From a virus (lineage: Duplodnaviria > Caudoviricetes): 50,081 bases of DNA. Both the position numbers and the translations under genes were made by a program. The stretch covers positions 1 to 50,081 of the IMG/VR virus record IMGVR_UViG_3300035670_000313. One strand, given 5' to 3'. Shown one piece after another: positions 46,938-50,081 of this stretch (position 1 is the first letter of the stretch; each line of letters starts with the position of its first letter). The notes under the pieces were generated by a model, which saw nothing but the letters and a program-made list of their open reading frames with translations, searched no databases and was not told where the DNA came from.

Positions 46938-47434
46938 TGGGTAAGGCTGTATCGGTCGTAGATGAAATTCTACTTCGAGCCGCCGCTGGCGGCAAGAGTG
47001 GCGAAGAGATTGAAAAGGCCACTGGCATCCCAGCCGCCCAGGCCCTGGAGAAGGTCAAAGAGCTACTGGCATCCCGTGACGTGTGGACCGAGATGGAGCA
47101 GCGCCAGCTATTGCTGGCTGAGCTGCATGAGTTGAAGGACTCGCTTCGCACTCAGGCAATTGACGGGCAGGACCCAGAGGCAGCCCGCGTATTGCTAAGG
47201 ACCCTGGAGACAATCGGCAAGCGCCTTGACGCACAGCAAACTGTGCTAGATGAGAACTTGATTAAGCTGACTCAGTTCCAGCAGAAGATACTGCTTCGGG
47301 CAATGGACGCAGCTTTGGACTTTGCCAAGCGAGAGCTGGCAGATAGATACCCACAGGTAAGCATCGAGGAGCTAGATGAGCTTGTGGCTAATGGCCTACA
47401 GCGGGCCAAGTTTGAACTAATGGAGGAAATGTGA
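46937..47434 (+). CDS. Probable terminase small subunit
   Basis: N-terminal HTH-like (GKSGEEIEKATGI), helical, upstream of large subunit. Confidence 0.55.
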   Translation: MGKAVSVVDEILLRAAAGGKSGEEIEKATGIPAAQALEKVKELLASRDVWTEMEQRQLLLAELHELKDSLRTQAIDGQDPEAARVLLRTLETIGKRLDAQQTVLDENLIKLTQFQQKILLRAMDAALDFAKRELADRYPQVSIEELDELVANGLQRAKFELMEEM

Positions 47435-47634
47435 GCGACAACGTAAACCACCCAAGCCACTACACGCATTTGCCGATTGAGGCAATTGACATCACGGAAC
47501 ACTTTAACTTCTGCATGGGAAATGCGCTCAAATACATAATCAGGGCCGACCACAAGGGGAACCCGATTGAGGATTTGAAGAAGGCCGCTTGGTACATTAA
47601 CCGAGAGATTGAGAGGCGCAGTGCCCACGTATAA
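47431..47634 (+). CDS. DUF3310 (SaV-like) protein
   Basis: DNVNHPSHYT, GNALKYI.RA..K, EDLKKA.WY. Confidence 0.85.
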   Translation: MSDNVNHPSHYTHLPIEAIDITEHFNFCMGNALKYIIRADHKGNPIEDLKKAAWYINREIERRSAHV

Positions 47635-47794
47635 TTACAAGTGTGAAAATGGCCACGAGAAGGACATTGTGCACTCGATGAGCGAGGCACCGAGGTTTTA
47701 CTGCCACTGTGGCAAGCCGCTAAAGAAAGGCTTTGGAGTTGGAAGCATCGCATTTAAGGGCGAGGGCTTTTACTCTACGGATAAAAAGAAATGA
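47621..47794 (+). CDS. FmdB-like Zn-ribbon protein
   Basis: PTYNYKC..GH...CHCG...FKGEGFYSTD. Confidence 0.8.
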   Translation: MPTYNYKCENGHEKDIVHSMSEAPRFYCHCGKPLKKGFGVGSIAFKGEGFYSTDKKK

Positions 47795-49302
47795 TTGAAA
47801 ACGTCCTAGACGCGGTAATCTCTGACCTAAGACTCAGGAGCCGCAAGCAAGAGTACCTGAACGACCCAGCGCTGTGGGCCGAGGAAGTGCTGGGCAAGCA
47901 CATGTGGTCTAAGCAGCGGGAGATTGCACAGTCAGTTGTGAAGAACTCGCACACGGCAGTGGTCTCCTGCAACGGTGCTGGTAAGTCAGGGCTTGCTGGA
48001 ATGCTAGGCGTTTGGTGGATTGCAACCCACGACCCGTACGACGTAGCGTTGATTTGTTCAGCCCCGACCTACGTACAGATTGCACGAGTGCTGTTCCGTG
48101 AAATCCAGGATAACTTTAAGCTGGCCGAGAAGCATGGGCACAAGCTACCTGGCTACATCACGCAGGGCCAGGAGTGGAAGCTGGATGACGGAACTGTAAT
48201 TGCCTTTGGTCGCAGACCTGCTGACAAAGACATTGTGTCTGCGTTCCAGGGTATCCACCGTAGATACGTGATGGTAATCCTGGACGAGGCCGGTGGTATT
48301 CCTGAGGACCTTTACACCGCTACCGAAGCTGTGACTAACACCGAGGGTGCTAGGGTTTTGGCGATTGGAAACCCTGACAACAGAGGTACGCCGTTCCACA
48401 AGATTTTCCGTGATGACCCAACCTGGCACAAGATTAAAATTAGTGCCTTTGACACCCCGAACTTCACTGACGAAAAGGACAGCGTCCCTGCGGCACTGCT
48501 CCCCCTACTTATCCAGCCAAGCTGGGTGGAGAAGCAAAAGATTTCCTGGGGCGAGGACTCTGCCCGCTACCGCTCAAAGATTTTGGCGGAGTTCCCAGAT
48601 GAAGCCGATAACACATTCTTCTCACAGTCAAACATCGACAACGGCATCGACACTGATATTCCAGAGGACATGACCCAGAAGGCTGTGTTGGGCGTGGACG
48701 TTGCCCGATTTGGTGAGGACGACTCGGTCGCCTATATAAATCGCGGCGGGCGGCTTCGCCGCCTAGATACATGGTCGAAGGCAACCGCAACTGAGACCGC
48801 AAACCGAATCCATAGATTGGCTATTGATAATGCTGTATCTGAAGTACGTATTGACGCTGCTGGCCTCGGTGGCCCTGTGGTTGACCTTGTTGCCGCTCTT
48901 GCTGATGGCAAGTATCTTGTTATTTCCATGTTTGGTTCTGCTGCTAGTCCTGATAAAACTCGCTGGCACAATGCTAGAGCTGCGAACTACGATGCGCTCA
49001 AGGAAGGCCTAGCGGCTAGACGGATTGACCTAGACCCTGACGACAAGGTGCTGCTTGAGGAAATCTTGATGATTAGCTACAAGTTCACACCCAAGGGCGC
49101 AATCCTGATTGAGTCAAAGGACGACATGCGAAGCCGTGGAGTTAAGTCTCCGGACTCCCTCGATGCCGCTGTGTACGCTTGTGCTGACCTTTCGGCCCTG
49201 CTTAATAGCCCATGGGGTGACAAAAAGCCTGGAGATATCGTGGGCATGGACTACTCGATGCTAGAAAAGCAGGACCCATTCTTGTCGAATTGGTCATGGT
49301 AG
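47791..49302 (+). CDS. terL: Terminase large subunit
   Basis: NGAGKS Walker A, VILDEA Walker B, GVDVARFGED nuclease, SPDSLDA. Confidence 0.92.
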   Translation: MIENVLDAVISDLRLRSRKQEYLNDPALWAEEVLGKHMWSKQREIAQSVVKNSHTAVVSCNGAGKSGLAGMLGVWWIATHDPYDVALICSAPTYVQIARVLFREIQDNFKLAEKHGHKLPGYITQGQEWKLDDGTVIAFGRRPADKDIVSAFQGIHRRYVMVILDEAGGIPEDLYTATEAVTNTEGARVLAIGNPDNRGTPFHKIFRDDPTWHKIKISAFDTPNFTDEKDSVPAALLPLLIQPSWVEKQKISWGEDSARYRSKILAEFPDEADNTFFSQSNIDNGIDTDIPEDMTQKAVLGVDVARFGEDDSVAYINRGGRLRRLDTWSKATATETANRIHRLAIDNAVSEVRIDAAGLGGPVVDLVAALADGKYLVISMFGSAASPDKTRWHNARAANYDALKEGLAARRIDLDPDDKVLLEEILMISYKFTPKGAILIESKDDMRSRGVKSPDSLDAAVYACADLSALLNSPWGDKKPGDIVGMDYSMLEKQDPFLSNWSW

Positions 49303-49335
49303 AATAGTTTTATTCGACTTTTAGAGGATTTTTCT

Positions 49336-50081
49336 ATGGATTTCAGCAAACTTACCGAGCAATTATCTGCAATTGCAAACGAGAATGAGTTGCTTCGAGA
49401 GTCCTACCAGTCCATGGCCCAGGCTATCTTGGCATTTGATGACAATGGCTGGAACGAAGTTAGTGCTGCAGCGAGCGTCGACGAGTTCGCACTGCAGGAT
49501 TTGAAGGACGCATCCAAGAGAATCCGTGAACTTACCGAGGGTAACCCACTTCTAAAGCGTGGTGCTGCACTTCGCACCAGCTACGTCTTCGGTAAGGGAA
49601 TTAACTTTGGCGAGCTACAGCCTCGCTTCCGCCGCTTTATCGACGACCCTGTGAACCAAGACACTGTCTTCTCTCCAGAGGCACAGGCCATCAACGAGCG
49701 CAGCCACTTCACTGACGGCCAGTTCTTCCTGCTTGCAAACGTGGCAACCAAGCAGTTCCAGCGCATTCCCTTCTCTGAGATTAGCGCAGTGGTCACCAAC
49801 CCTGACAACCCAGAAGAGCTTTGGTACATCCGCCGCACCTGGACCCGCAAGGGCCAGAACCTTGCAGGTCAGGGCAGCCAGGACGTTGCACTAAACGTCT
49901 GGTACCCAGTTGACACTTACAAGCCAGCCAACGGACGCTACGTCCCACGCATCGGCGAGTACCCAGTGGACGCAAAGTTCCTAATGTTCCCAAGCCGCGT
50001 GAACCGTCGCGCTGGCCGCACCTTCGGAACCCCTGACGCTTTGCCAGCTGTGCCATGGGCCCACGCTTACAACGAGTTCCT
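49336..50081 (+). CDS. Portal protein, N-terminal part
   Basis: ATG 49336 with RBS GAGGA; open to window end and in frame with 12-791. Confidence 0.85.
   Translation, partial: MDFSKLTEQLSAIANENELLRESYQSMAQAILAFDDNGWNEVSAAASVDEFALQDLKDASKRIRELTEGNPLLKRGAALRTSYVFGKGINFGELQPRFRRFIDDPVNQDTVFSPEAQAINERSHFTDGQFFLLANVATKQFQRIPFSEISAVVTNPDNPEELWYIRRTWTRKGQNLAGQGSQDVALNVWYPVDTYKPANGRYVPRIGEYPVDAKFLMFPSRVNRRAGRTFGTPDALPAVPWAHAYNEF
49955..50081. repeat. Terminal direct repeat copy
   Basis: Identical to 1-127. Confidence 0.95.

Noticed and set aside
49955-50081. 127-bp terminal repeat as biological genome ends
   Set aside because: The length equals a common assembler k-mer and it splits the portal gene, so it is best explained as circular overlap.
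1-50081. Stop-codon reassignment
   Set aside because: Core genes are intact in the standard code, and TAA, TAG and TGA all terminate genes.

Overview
This window is a complete, circularly permuted tailed-phage (siphovirus-type) genome of about 49,954 bp. Bases 1-127 are repeated exactly at 49955-50081, most likely an assembly overlap. WhiB, NrdH, an M23 lysin, leaderless genes and SOS-box-like sites point to an actinobacterial host, plausibly a freshwater Microbacteriaceae (inference). The + strand (46.2 kb round to 29.7 kb) carries terminase, portal, protease/scaffold, capsid, an 11 kb fibre/accessory block placed unusually between capsid and neck genes, tail genes and lysis genes. The - strand (29.7-45.9 kb) carries nucleases, a primase-helicase, SSB, a Sak4-like ATPase, a Cas4-like nuclease, a WhiB fusion, an SF2 helicase and many small early genes. 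I recognised no integrase, DNA polymerase, reverse transcriptase, canonical tRNA or CRISPR. The most striking signals are non-coding. (1) An apparently stand-alone sRNA at 3673-3751 displays a perfect anti-Shine-Dalgarno loop. (2) A chain of structured RNAs at 34266-34560 comprises a pseudoknot, two tRNA-like acceptor+T-arm modules, an RNA sandwiched between them, and another anti-SD loop in the anticodon position. (3) A third mini-tRNA lies at 45663-45708. Early genes use strong GGAGG ribosome-binding sites, while structural genes are often leaderless or lack GGAGG. Together these suggest a hypothetical RNA-based early/host-to-late translation switch. All protein assignments come from motif recognition and synteny, not database searches.
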